Source of the DNA: a virus
Taxonomy: Duplodnaviria > Heunggongvirae > Uroviricota > Caudoviricetes
Strand: one strand, 5' to 3'
IMG/VR virus record: IMGVR_UViG_649989947_000021
DNA: 37,504 bases
In this document: piece by piece, positions 20,032 to 28,856 of the stretch
Position numbering within the stretch: the stretch's first letter is position 1
Layout: each line of letters starts with the position of its first letter
Notes under the pieces: model-generated
What the model was told of the DNA's origin: nothing
The model's input: the letters and a program-made list of their open reading frames with translations, nothing else
Database searches by the model: none
Translations under genes and position numbers: made by a program

Positions 20032-20394
20032 TCAGTAACGACCGCGCCTTCCGGTAATTTCATACCGGCAAATACCGGACAGCCCGGGGATCGTTATCTG
20101 CAGCTGGTTAGCCAGGGAGTTAATCTCAGCGACCAACACTGGCTTCGTATAGCGCCATGCCGCCAGCCCTTGTCCACAGAAGCTCGCCATATCTTTTTTC
20201 TGATCAAACTCATGACACTTCATATTGAGCTGCGCACTTAAGCTGTTGCGATGCTGAAGTTCTCCGGTGAAGTAGTCATCCAGGACTTTATAGGCTGCAT
20301 ATTTAAATCCGGGGTTTAGCCATGCTGCATAATCATAAGCAACAAACTTCCCGCCATATGTTCCACCGTGTACACCGCGCTCAGTAAAAACCAC
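20032..20394 (-). CDS. hypothetical protein between Rz and cos
   Basis: 120-aa ORF MVFTERGVHGGTYGGKFVAYDYAAWLNPGFKYAAYKVLDDYF...; GTG start with no good ribosome-binding site; may be a remnant. Confidence 0.4.
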   Translation of the reverse strand: MVFTERGVHGGTYGGKFVAYDYAAWLNPGFKYAAYKVLDDYFTGELQHRNSLSAQLNMKCHEFDQKKDMASFCGQGLAAWRYTKPVLVAEINSLANQLQITIPGLSGICRYEITGRRGRY

Positions 20395-20415
20395 AGATTC
20401 GTGTTTTTTCTCCAG

Positions 20416-20883
20416 CTACTTAATGCGCTGGGTGCGGATATATTCCTGCGCCCCTTCCAGTTGCTTCTGCATCGTCATCAACCGTTCTCTGAGGGTGAAA
20501 TAATCCCGTTCAGCGGTGTCTGCCAGTCGGGGGCTGGTTGCATTATCCATGCTGGTGGGTCCGGTGGCTTCACGCACGGCTGCGGAGCAACTGGCATTGA
20601 CCCGCAGGCGCTTACGACCAGCGGCAACATCAGCGCGCAGAGTTTCATTTTCAGTTTTCGCATCGGCTAACTCCTTCGTGTATTTTGCATCGATCGCAGC
20701 AACATCACGCTGACGCTGCTGCATGTCAGCGATGGTGGCGGTCGCCTGCTTCAGCTCACTGACTTTTTTATCACGCTGTTCTTTGTAGGCGATGGCGTTA
20801 TCACGGTAATGATTAACAGCCCATGACAGGCAGGCGATAATGCAGATAACCAGAGCGGAGATAATAACGGTTACCCTGCTCAT
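20416..20883 (-). CDS. Rz: i-spanin Rz
   Basis: [39 protein letters not shown]..., lambda Rz-like; ATGA overlap with the R stop. Confidence 0.9.
   Translation of the reverse strand: MSRVTVIISALVICIIACLSWAVNHYRDNAIAYKEQRDKKVSELKQATATIADMQQRQRDVAAIDAKYTKELADAKTENETLRADVAAGRKRLRVNASCSAAVREATGPTSMDNATSPRLADTAERDYFTLRERLMTMQKQLEGAQEYIRTQRIK
20478..20663 (-). CDS. Rz1: o-spanin Rz1 (lipoprotein) embedded in Rz in another frame
   Basis: [22 protein letters not shown]...[29 protein letters not shown] with lipobox and proline-rich region. Confidence 0.8.
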   Translation of the reverse strand: MRKLKMKLCALMLPLVVSACGSMPVAPQPCVKPPDPPAWIMQPAPDWQTPLNGIISPSENG

Positions 20884-21377
20884 TGTTGCCCCCACAAACA
20901 GACTTCACGCTCAATCTCGCGGCGAGTCATCAGCCCTTTCCATTGCTTACCGCCAGCGTATGTCCAGCGCCGTAGCTGATCACATGCGCCTTTGATATCG
21001 CCCTGGTTTATTTTGCGAAGAAGCGTCGATGTTCTGAAATTGCCAGCGCCCACGTTGTAAACGAACGAGTAAAGAGCGCCGCGCGTTGTTTCCGGTATAT
21101 CGACGTTGATGTACGGGTTAATTTGTCTGGCGACCGTGGCAAGGTCTTTATTCAGGAGGGCTTTGCATTCTGCTTCGGTATACGTTTTACCGAGCATAAT
21201 GTCTTTTCCGGTGTGCCCGTAACATACAGTCCATACACCAACGATATCTTTATATGGTATGTAGCTGACGCCTTCCAGACCATCGTTACCACTTGGGCCA
21301 GTGATTAACACAGATGCTATAGCAATAGCCCCGCCACCAATAGCCGCAGCAACGGCTTTTCGTAATGATGGAGGCAT
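20880..21377 (-). CDS. R: SAR endolysin R (phage lysozyme with signal-anchor-release N-terminus)
   Basis: [44 protein letters not shown]..., phage-21 R-type by recall. Confidence 0.9.
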   Translation of the reverse strand: MPPSLRKAVAAAIGGGAIAIASVLITGPSGNDGLEGVSYIPYKDIVGVWTVCYGHTGKDIMLGKTYTEAECKALLNKDLATVARQINPYINVDIPETTRGALYSFVYNVGAGNFRTSTLLRKINQGDIKGACDQLRRWTYAGGKQWKGLMTRREIEREVCLWGQQ

Positions 21378-21592
21378 TATTCACCTCTCGCAGCCTTACG
21401 CTTGTCTTCTCTGATTTTGAAGTACAGATTTGTCAGGTAAGTCAGAAAGCCCAGAACCAGACTTCCCAGCACACCAATCGCAGCCCACTGTGACGGACTG
21501 ACCTGATCAAGCCACTGTAAAAACCAGTAGCCAGCACTACCAGCGGATGTTCCGTAGGCAATGCCAGTAGAGATTTTGTCCATTGATTTCAT
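21377..21592 (-). CDS. S: pinholin S (phage-21 type) with dual-start motif
   Basis: 71-aa [74 protein letters not shown]; Met1-Lys-Ser-Met4 dual start; GGAGG ribosome-binding site. Confidence 0.9.
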   Translation of the reverse strand: MKSMDKISTGIAYGTSAGSAGYWFLQWLDQVSPSQWAAIGVLGSLVLGFLTYLTNLYFKIREDKRKAARGE

Positions 21593-21710
21593 AGCAACGC
21601 CTCCGCCAGTAACGGATTGCGTAGTTCTTATATTGGGAAGGGGAAAAAAGAAGGCCGCAGCGTAACTATCACTAATAAATTCAGGACAGCCAGTGGCTAC
21701 GGCTCAGTTT

Positions 21711-21840
21711 GGGTTGTGGCGGCCGGAATCGAACCGGCTTCCATCGGTGCGCTGCCGATTGCAGTACGCGCGGCGGTCAGCTATATGACTAGTATTTTCA
21801 CTATCGCCTATCTGCTAGCTCGCCATTGAGCTTCACCACA
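21711..21840 (-). other. tRNA-like element, probably a degenerate or interrupted tRNA (possible anticodon GCG)
   Basis: Minus strand: TGTGGTG (5' acceptor) AA GCTC-AATGGC-GAGC (D-arm-like), then about 55 nt, then ATCGG-CAGCGCA-CCGAT (5-bp stem, 7-nt loop), GGAA, GCCGG-TTCGATT-CCGGC (T-arm), CGCCACA (3' acceptor pairing with the 5' strand, one G-U), A, CCC; lacks U33 and has no encoded CCA. Confidence 0.3.
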
Positions 21841-22056
21841 ACGATAAGAGCACTGCGCGGCACCTTTCACCAATTCCGCGAGGTCTGCGGGTTCAATGCT
21901 CTTACCTGTTGTGCAGAAAAAAAACCACACGGCAGCGAGTTTAAGCTGTGTGGCGAAGTTACCTCTCTTCACCAAGTATTCGGTAATAAAATAACTTGTG
22001 GTGTTCTCGTTTTTATGCCGATAAAATAAACGGTCCACTTTCAAATGGAGCGATTC

Positions 22057-22560
22057 ATGATTTTTCTCAGAACTGAAAACGGCATCGAGAAACTTGAAAA
22101 CTGGGAGGAAATTATATCCAGACCAAACTTTGTCACCACTATAGACAAAGGAGTTCAACAACTTGAGGAGATAATTGGTTACTACAAATTTAAAGAAGAA
22201 ATCCACTGTGGTCTAACTGGTTGCAACCAACCACATCAAATGGGTTATATTGTAAAAACATCTAGTGGCATTGAAACCAACATCGGAAATAAATGTGGTA
22301 AAAACGAATTTGGTGTGGAATTTGGTGAAAACGTTCTTAGTTTCAATAAATTTATGCAACTCGAAACCAATCGGGAAATTATTAGCACCGCAAAAAGTAA
22401 ATGTGAAGCGTGGCAAAAAAATATTGAAACGATACGAAATATCAAACCCACAATAGATTATCTATCTTCTACCATCGAAAATAGTAAAAATTCCAATTAC
22501 TCCGGAAGACTTGGTGCTACAGAAATTCGTTTTTTGACCAAGAACCAGACAGGCCTTGTA
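22057..22560 (+). pseudogene. AT-rich accessory gene of unknown function, 5' part (interrupted by IS10)
   Basis: Plus-strand ORF MIFLRTENGIEKLENWEEIISRPNFVTTIDKG... with GGAG upstream of ATG 22057; reading frame runs into the IS10 inside end at 22561. Confidence 0.7.
22552..22560. repeat. 9-bp target site duplication (GGCCTTGTA), left copy
   Basis: Identical to 23890..23898, directly flanking the IS10 ends. Confidence 0.85.
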
Positions 22561-23889
22561 CTGAGAGATCCCCTCATAATTTCCCCAAAGCGTAACCATG
22601 TGTGAATAAATTTTGAGCTAGTAGGGTTGCAGCCACGAGTAAGTCTTCCCTTGTTATTGTGTAGCCAGAATGCCGCAAAACTTCCATGCCTAAGCGAACT
22701 GTTGAGAGTACGTTTCGATTTCTGACTGTGTTAGCCTGGAAGTGCTTGTCCCAACCTTGTTTCTGAGCATGAACGCCCGCAAGCCAACATGTTAGTTGAA
22801 GCATCAGGGCGATTAGCAGCATGATATCAAAACGCTCTGAGCTGCTCGTTCGGCTATGGCGTAGGCCTAGTCCGTAGGCAGGACTTTTCAAGTCTCGGAA
22901 GGTTTCTTCAATCTGCATTCGCTTCGAATAGATATTAACAAGTTGTTTGGGTGTTCGAATTTCAACAGGTAAGTTAGTTGCTAGAACCCATGGCTCCTTT
23001 GCCGACGCTGAGTAGATTTTAGGTGACGGGTGGTGACAATGAGTCCGTGTCGAGCGCTGATTTTTTCGGCCTTTAGAGCGAGATTTATACAATAGAATTT
23101 GGCATGAGATTGGATTGCTTTTAGTCAGCCTCTTATAGCCTAAAGTCTTTGAGTGACTAGATGACATATCATGTAAGTTGCTGATAGGTTTCCAGTTTTC
23201 CGCTCCTAGGTCTGCATATTGTACTTTTCCTCTTACTCGACTTAACCAGTACCAACCCAGCTTCTCAACGGATTTATACCATGGCACTTTAAAGCCAGCA
23301 TCACTGACAATGAGCGGTGTGGTGTTACTCGGTAGAATGCTCGCAAGGTCGGCTAGAAATTGGTCATGAGCTTTCTTTGAACATTGCTCTGAAAGCGGGA
23401 ACGCTTTCTCATAAAGAGTAACAGAACGACCGTGTAGTGCGACTGAAGCTCGCAATACCATAAGTCGTTTTTGCTCACGAATATCAGACCAGTCAACAAG
23501 TACAATGGGCATCGTATTGCCCGAACAGATAAAGCTAGCATGCCAACGGTATACAGCGAGTCGCTCTTTGTGGAGGTGACGATTACCTAACAATCGGTCG
23601 ATTCGTTTGATGTTATGTTTTGTTCTCGCTTTGGTTGGCAGGTTACGGCCAAGTTCGGTAAGAGTGAGAGTTTTACAGTCAAGTAATGCGTGGCAAGCCA
23701 ACGTTAAGCTGTTGAGTCGTTTTAAGTGTAATTCGGGGCAGAATTGGTAAAGAGAGTCGTGTAAAATATCGAGTTCGCACATCTTGTTGTCTGATTATTG
23801 ATTTTTCGCGAAACCATTTGATCATATGACAAGATGTGTATCCACCTTAACTTAATGATTTTTACCAAAATCATTAGGGGATTCATCAG
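22561..23889 (-). mobile_element. IS10 insertion sequence (IS4 family), 1329 bp
   Basis: Inside end CTGAGAGATCCCCTCATAATTTCCCC at 22561 and outside end (reverse complement) CTGATGAATCCCCTAATGATTTTGGTAAAAATCATTAAG ending at 23889; full 402-aa transposase; 9-bp flanking direct repeats. Confidence 0.95.
22574..23782 (-). CDS. tnp: IS10 transposase
   Basis: 402-aa ORF MCELDILHDSLYQFCPELHLKRLNSLTLACHALLDCKTLTLTELGRNLPTKARTKHNIKRIDRLLGN..., IS10 transposase by recall. Confidence 0.95.
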   Translation of the reverse strand: MCELDILHDSLYQFCPELHLKRLNSLTLACHALLDCKTLTLTELGRNLPTKARTKHNIKRIDRLLGNRHLHKERLAVYRWHASFICSGNTMPIVLVDWSDIREQKRLMVLRASVALHGRSVTLYEKAFPLSEQCSKKAHDQFLADLASILPSNTTPLIVSDAGFKVPWYKSVEKLGWYWLSRVRGKVQYADLGAENWKPISNLHDMSSSHSKTLGYKRLTKSNPISCQILLYKSRSKGRKNQRSTRTHCHHPSPKIYSASAKEPWVLATNLPVEIRTPKQLVNIYSKRMQIEETFRDLKSPAYGLGLRHSRTSSSERFDIMLLIALMLQLTCWLAGVHAQKQGWDKHFQANTVRNRNVLSTVRLGMEVLRHSGYTITREDLLVAATLLAQNLFTHGYALGKL

Positions 23890-23898
23890 GGCCTTGTA
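23890..23898. repeat. 9-bp target site duplication (GGCCTTGTA), right copy
   Basis: Identical to 22552..22560. Confidence 0.85.
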
Positions 23899-24315
23899 AC
23901 CCTTTCTGAAGTGGAAACTGATAAGAATACCAAAACAATTCTGTTCGCAATGAATGAACACATGCGCGAGTCTGGAGAGGCAATAAGTGAATTCTACATA
24001 GGAAAAGTATCATTTAGTCATGTTCTTTTACCAGAAAACAATCTTCGTGATTTTTTTGTTGCGCTCAAAGAAGATCTAAAAAAAATTCAGTGTATTGATC
24101 TACAAACAGCCCCAAGCCCAGAAATTTCTAATGTTGCCAAAATTGCCAGTTCAATCGAAGAACGAATCAAGCGATTAAAAAAACTGAAACATGAAGCCAG
24201 TAAATTCCTAACTAAAAAAAATCTGCGTCCCATCGCAAACAAAATAAAATACTCATCGACAGCGGATGAACTTGAATTCCATAATTTCGAACGCTTTTTA
24301 AAAGGGCTGAAATGA
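23899..24315 (+). pseudogene. AT-rich accessory gene of unknown function, 3' part (downstream of IS10)
   Basis: In-frame continuation after the second duplication copy (TLSEVETDKNTKTILFAMNEHMRESGEAISEFYIGK...FLKGLK, stop 24313..24315); joined to 22057..22560 it gives about 306 aa. Confidence 0.7.
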
Positions 24316-24335
24316 TAAAAGCCCCGAAAGGGGCT
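24311..24335 (-). terminator. hairpin terminator; candidate tR'-like terminator for the late leader and also the stop signal for the plus-strand accessory gene
   Basis: AGCCCC-GAAA-GGGGCT hairpin; on the minus strand it is followed by TTTTATCATT; lies about 100 nt downstream of the Q-like stop and 5 nt after the accessory gene stop. Confidence 0.5.
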
Positions 24336-24429
24336 TCTATCAAAATCATTTACGCATTATTCCGCATGCTTAAAAGAATACATGACAGATTCGGACAAAA
24401 TCAAGTGCAATGTCGCAAAAACCCTAAGC

Positions 24430-25260
24430 TTAGTTCACATCATCACCAAAACTTGTCACATTCTGAAAAGCAATATCGGCCTTACGCTCTTCCTGGTGGC
24501 AAATGTCAACCAGAGAATCAAGAAACGGCTTCCAATTACGCGTCCATGTCCTGACATGTAGCTCGGGTATCCGCTTCAGTACAACTTTATATACTGTGGT
24601 AGACGGTACCGTGGAAAATCCATTTCCGCTGCAACGTTCGCAGATTTTAAACACTGGCACACCACGCTCGCTTGTGGCTTTGCGGTCCAGTACCTCTCCC
24701 TTTCCACCACAACGACACCTGGCACTTATCACTCCCTTCCCTTTACATACATCGCAAACGACTGGTACAACTTCCGTTACCTCTGTCCATTTCTCCCAGT
24801 CTGACGGTCGAACAGCACGGGAGCGACTGGCCCAATATGGTGCTTTACCCCATGGGTATGAAACCTTACGAATGACCTGCTTACGGGGTGTTAGTCCGGT
24901 ACCACTGCAACTATGGCATGTTACGCTGGTGTCCGCCGATCGGGAATACTCAGCAAAAGCAAACTGCGCCAGTACCAGCATACACCAGCCAAATTCACCA
25001 CCAGCTGCTTTACGCACATTCTTCGGTGCAATTTCCATCGCGTGACGCGCCAGCGCTTGGACTGCCATCTGCTCATCAGTCTTGCTGATACCGGCCTTCC
25101 CGAAGAAGGCCGCCAAGCCAAACCGTTCACGATTGCTGGTGGTACCAATAGCCGCCATAACATCGGTGCCTGTAAGACGTTCCGGAGAGGTTCCTTTCAC
25201 ATCGTCGCCGATATACATTCCCTGAGGACTGAAGTATTTTAGCGATGCCTCAAGCTTCAT
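24430..25260 (-). CDS. putative late antiterminator Q-like protein (zinc-binding Cys clusters)
   Basis: 276-aa ORF directly upstream of the lysis cassette in late orientation; Cys motifs CHSCSGTG, CDVCKGKG, CRCGGKG, CERCSGNG; assignment by position and Cys motifs, not verified. Confidence 0.5.
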   Translation of the reverse strand: MKLEASLKYFSPQGMYIGDDVKGTSPERLTGTDVMAAIGTTSNRERFGLAAFFGKAGISKTDEQMAVQALARHAMEIAPKNVRKAAGGEFGWCMLVLAQFAFAEYSRSADTSVTCHSCSGTGLTPRKQVIRKVSYPWGKAPYWASRSRAVRPSDWEKWTEVTEVVPVVCDVCKGKGVISARCRCGGKGEVLDRKATSERGVPVFKICERCSGNGFSTVPSTTVYKVVLKRIPELHVRTWTRNWKPFLDSLVDICHQEERKADIAFQNVTSFGDDVN

Positions 25261-26117
25261 TATTCACACTCCCCAACCAGATTAAGAATAACCGCCGCGC
25301 CATTGTCTTTCATATATTCGCCCTTTCCGCTTGCCAAAAACCAACGACACACCTCCACTGCTTCAGCCCGTGTCACCGGTTTGATGGTCATCAGCAATTT
25401 TTCAAGGTAGCGCTCGCGGTCATATACCGATTCGTGATGCTCAGAGTAACCATACTCATCGCCCTGTTCTTTAGACGCAGTGTGGCGAACACTGTAGAGC
25501 CAGTCCCAGTAAACAAACTCACGAACTACGTCTGACAATGTATGAGGCTCTGGCAGTACATCACGATAGCCATCAACATATGCACGACGCTGATCATCAA
25601 TTTCATTCATACGGATGCCATCAATTCTGCCCGCTGTCTTCTCGGCTGCAGTCCAGCCCCAGAGATGATCGTCGATAAATTTCTGGGAAGACTTGATCAC
25701 TCGCTCGGCTTCCACATCTTCGAGTGCTGCTTCATAGCTACCAAACGTAGCCCTGACTGATGTTGCTTTTTTGATATTCTCCCGGGCGATCCTGATTGCC
25801 TGTGCCGGGTTATCCATGCCGATGGTACCGAAAGCAATCTGGAAAGGATCACCACCATTCGCCAGCAGATAACGCGAATAGCGTTCCTGGGCCTCTTTTG
25901 GGGAAATTTTAATTTTCACCAGCGCAGCCTCAGCAGCATCCAGATGTGCGGGTTCGTTCAGACGGATAACCTCCAGCACCCAAAGATAAGCATCAGTCTG
26001 CTTATGCCCGGTGATTCTCCGTTGCTCTGGCAGGGGCTTGATGTTTGCGAGGGCGGAGCTGTACGCTGCCGTCGGGATGGTGAATAGTGCTTTATGTTCG
26101 TTGTTATCAGTACGCAT
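25260..26117 (-). CDS. hypothetical protein (nin-region position)
   Basis: 285-aa ORF with stop/start overlaps to primase upstream and Q-like gene downstream. Confidence 0.5.
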   Translation of the reverse strand: MRTDNNEHKALFTIPTAAYSSALANIKPLPEQRRITGHKQTDAYLWVLEVIRLNEPAHLDAAEAALVKIKISPKEAQERYSRYLLANGGDPFQIAFGTIGMDNPAQAIRIARENIKKATSVRATFGSYEAALEDVEAERVIKSSQKFIDDHLWGWTAAEKTAGRIDGIRMNEIDDQRRAYVDGYRDVLPEPHTLSDVVREFVYWDWLYSVRHTASKEQGDEYGYSEHHESVYDRERYLEKLLMTIKPVTRAEAVEVCRWFLASGKGEYMKDNGAAVILNLVGECE

Positions 26118-27085
26118 TACGCAACCGCCTTTTTCTTATGGAAAACCAGCTCTCGAACCTGATCACCGTTCATGAGCATATTGTTGAAATCATCGTGATC
26201 CGGCCAGTACACGCTCACGCGCTGCAGGTCATTCTTTGCCATCAGATTGGCATGAGCACATTCGCAAGCCGCAGCCAGCCCGGTGGCGCTGTTCTCGTCA
26301 CGGTCGGCAAAAATAATCAGGTGCAGAACACCAGCTGGTACGCGGAACTTTTTCATAAAGCCGCTGTTAATGGTTGCCCAGGTGTTCACGTTATAAATCT
26401 GGTGCGCTGACAGCGCTGTTTCGATGCCTTCGGCGATACCCAGAGTGCTAGCAACAGGAAACATGCGGATAGCTACAGAACGAGCGTGATCCAAATAGTT
26501 ATCTTCCTGCAGGGATTTGAGGCGCTTTGCACTGCTACCGATATCTGCTTTTTTATCACCATCAAGCAGAGTCTGGTGCAGATAGCACAACTCCCCTTTA
26601 TCGTCCGTAGCAAGTGAATAAAGAGACTGGAACACACTCCCGTTGTGTCTCTGCCTGGCATTGAACCGGATCGCCTCAGCAGGAAGACTGAATATTCCAC
26701 GAGAATTAAGATACGCTGCGCCGGATGTACCACGCAGTGCCTCCAGTTTTGAAAACTTGCTCAATACCCGTTTGCGTAAGCTGGTGGCGCTGCTGGTTAC
26801 CGGGATTTTAACCCGTTGGTAATCATTACCGCTCAGGCGGTCTATTTCGGTACAAATCTCGTTAAATGGCTTCGCCTGTGTCAGGGTGACAAGTTTCATA
26901 CCATCGCCACTACCACATACACAGATCCACGTTCCTGCACCGTCGCGGTCATCAATTCGGAACTTGCCACGTGCACCGCATACCGGGCATTCACCCTTGA
27001 AGTGATTTTTTCCTGTTATCGGCGGCAAGCCGAAGTGCTCTAATATTTCAGGCCAGCGGCCTTTCGCTGCAGCTGCTGTTTTCAT
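26117..27085 (-). CDS. DNA primase (zinc-binding N-terminus plus Toprim domain)
   Basis: N-terminal CPVCGARGKFRIDDRDGAGTWICVCGSGDG zinc-finger-like motif; Toprim-like AEGIETALSA ... IIFADRDENSATG. Confidence 0.7.
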   Translation of the reverse strand: MKTAAAAKGRWPEILEHFGLPPITGKNHFKGECPVCGARGKFRIDDRDGAGTWICVCGSGDGMKLVTLTQAKPFNEICTEIDRLSGNDYQRVKIPVTSSATSLRKRVLSKFSKLEALRGTSGAAYLNSRGIFSLPAEAIRFNARQRHNGSVFQSLYSLATDDKGELCYLHQTLLDGDKKADIGSSAKRLKSLQEDNYLDHARSVAIRMFPVASTLGIAEGIETALSAHQIYNVNTWATINSGFMKKFRVPAGVLHLIIFADRDENSATGLAAACECAHANLMAKNDLQRVSVYWPDHDDFNNMLMNGDQVRELVFHKKKAVA

Positions 27086-27086
27086 C

Positions 27087-28745
27087 TTACTGACTCAAAC
27101 TGTTTATATTTTTCTGGAGTTGTTGCTTTGCTTGCATGATGCGCCAAGCCTCAGTGCCTATTGGCATCTCGCTTCGCTCACCTCGTTCCTGAGACAGAGG
27201 AATCGTTGCCTGCAATTTTTCTATAGTTCTCTGCGTCCGCTGACGGCCTTTGGCAAACCGAATCAGCTTGTGTTTGATGTAGTTACTTACTTCTGGGCTT
27301 ATTTCCATCGGGAAACTGCTCAACCCATCAGGCCATTCACCGAATTTCTCCCTGAAAGTGTGAGCACACCATCCATCACTGACTGGACGCCCCAGCGAAG
27401 CACGCTGGCGCTGATAAAATTTGATCTGACTCCACCAGGACTGTTTCTCTGCCTTCGTCGACTGATGCTGATTTTTACCCAGCTTATTAAGTTTGCGGCT
27501 AGTGTCAGTATCAACGTCTTCACCTCGCAGCGGCTTGTGTCCACATTTCGGGCAAACATAGACGCCAGCTGGCTTCATGTAGTGGCATTGAGGGCATTCA
27601 TGTGGCAGTTTTTCGGCCCGTTCCTCAACTGCGCGGCGCGCGCTTTCCTCCATGCCATCAGACTTACCGGGAAGATCGTCGTACTCGATTGAATCCGGAT
27701 AACCCAAACGGTGCACGGTGCCGCTGTGATCGAAGATAAGGCAGGACGCTTTACCCGGTGCGGTGCGCAGCCCACGCCCGAGTGCCTGCAACCAGCGAAT
27801 TTCGCTTTTTGTTGGCCTGGCGTAGATGATGCAACGAACGTCACTATCGAATCCGGCTACCAGAACGCCCACACTAACGATGATTTTCGTTGCACCGGTT
27901 TCAAAGCGGTGAATGATGGTCTGGCGCTCATCTACCGGAGTGTCGGCGGTCATTACCTCAGCGTTAACACCCGCCAAGTTAAACTGGATTGTCAGATAAT
28001 TGGCGTGAGCTACGTTGACGCAGAAAGCGATGGTAGGTAGATCCCGACCATTCTCCAGCCAGTTCTGTACGATGTCGCCCACCAGCGTAGAGCCGCACAT
28101 GATTTCAGCCAGCTGTGTTTCGTTGTAATCGCGGCCGTACTCAAGCGAAGATGTGGTTTTAACACCTTTCAGATCCGGCTTAGTTGGCGCGTAAAATTCG
28201 TATTTACTCAGATCGCCACGCTGGATTAACTCGCCGATGGTGGTCGGCTTAATCAGTCGGTCATAGTATTTGCCCAGGAACGGAGAAAACGGAGTACCCG
28301 ACAGGCCAATCACCTTTACGCCTTTGCCGCGCAGACGTTCGATATCCTTCAGGATGCGTTTTTTACGCAGGTGCGCTTCGTCGATAATCAGCAGATCGAT
28401 ATTTTCAGGAAAAACACGACGAATAAGCGTGTCAGCGCTGGCAATCTGAATTTTCCGGTCCGGATCGTAGTTCGGGTGATCCGCCCAGATATAACCGATT
28501 TCATCTCCAGGTAAACCATACTGCACGAACCGATTAGCCGTCTGACCAATCAGGATGGTGTACGGAACACAGAACAGAACACGCATACCACGGCTGACAA
28601 AACCAGCAACTATGAAGGCTGCCAGACCCGTTTTACCGCTACCTGTTGGCGAGTAAACCATGAAGGTGTCGTTTGCCTTCCAGTCACGGCGCAACATGTT
28701 TAGCGCTCGCTCCTGTGCAAAATTCGGCGTGATTGTCAGCTGCAT
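27087..28745 (-). CDS. superfamily 2 DEAD/DEAH-box helicase (replication helicase)
   Basis: Walker A VYSPTGSGKT, DEAH box LIIDEAH, helicase C-terminal motifs, C-terminal zinc ribbon CPQCHYMKPAGVYVCPKCGH. Confidence 0.8.
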   Translation of the reverse strand: MQLTITPNFAQERALNMLRRDWKANDTFMVYSPTGSGKTGLAAFIVAGFVSRGMRVLFCVPYTILIGQTANRFVQYGLPGDEIGYIWADHPNYDPDRKIQIASADTLIRRVFPENIDLLIIDEAHLRKKRILKDIERLRGKGVKVIGLSGTPFSPFLGKYYDRLIKPTTIGELIQRGDLSKYEFYAPTKPDLKGVKTTSSLEYGRDYNETQLAEIMCGSTLVGDIVQNWLENGRDLPTIAFCVNVAHANYLTIQFNLAGVNAEVMTADTPVDERQTIIHRFETGATKIIVSVGVLVAGFDSDVRCIIYARPTKSEIRWLQALGRGLRTAPGKASCLIFDHSGTVHRLGYPDSIEYDDLPGKSDGMEESARRAVEERAEKLPHECPQCHYMKPAGVYVCPKCGHKPLRGEDVDTDTSRKLNKLGKNQHQSTKAEKQSWWSQIKFYQRQRASLGRPVSDGWCAHTFREKFGEWPDGLSSFPMEISPEVSNYIKHKLIRFAKGRQRTQRTIEKLQATIPLSQERGERSEMPIGTEAWRIMQAKQQLQKNINSLSQ

Positions 28746-28795
28746 TGTGCTGTCCCCGCAGTGATGAGATAATAATTTTGTGATGTGGTTTTCAT
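28736..28795 (-). CDS. 19-codon upstream ORF overlapping the helicase start
   Basis: GAGGAGG then 5 nt then ATG at 28795; encodes MKTTSQNYYLITAGTAQCS; its stop overlaps the helicase ATG region. Confidence 0.3.
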   Translation of the reverse strand: MKTTSQNYYLITAGTAQCS

Positions 28796-28856
28796 GGATT
28801 CCTCCTCACATGGCTGGTGGTCTCCCCAAAGGCTGCCAGCCCCTTTCCGAATCAAC

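Noticed and set aside
19819-20241. 140-aa plus-strand ORF spanning the cos region (possible bor-like gene)
   Set aside because: No lipoprotein signal or Bor-like sequence; overlaps the putative cos site and the 3' end of the minus-strand hypothetical gene.
21711-21840. Calling the tRNA-like element a functional tRNA-Arg gene
   Set aside because: About 55 extra nucleotides between D-arm and anticodon arm, A instead of U at position 33, and no encoded CCA; I report it only as tRNA-like.
21808-22206. 132-aa minus-strand ORF upstream of the holin
   Set aside because: AT-rich, Phe/Lys-rich low-complexity translation that overlaps the ribosome-binding site and 5' end of the plus-strand accessory gene; looks like an antisense artefact.
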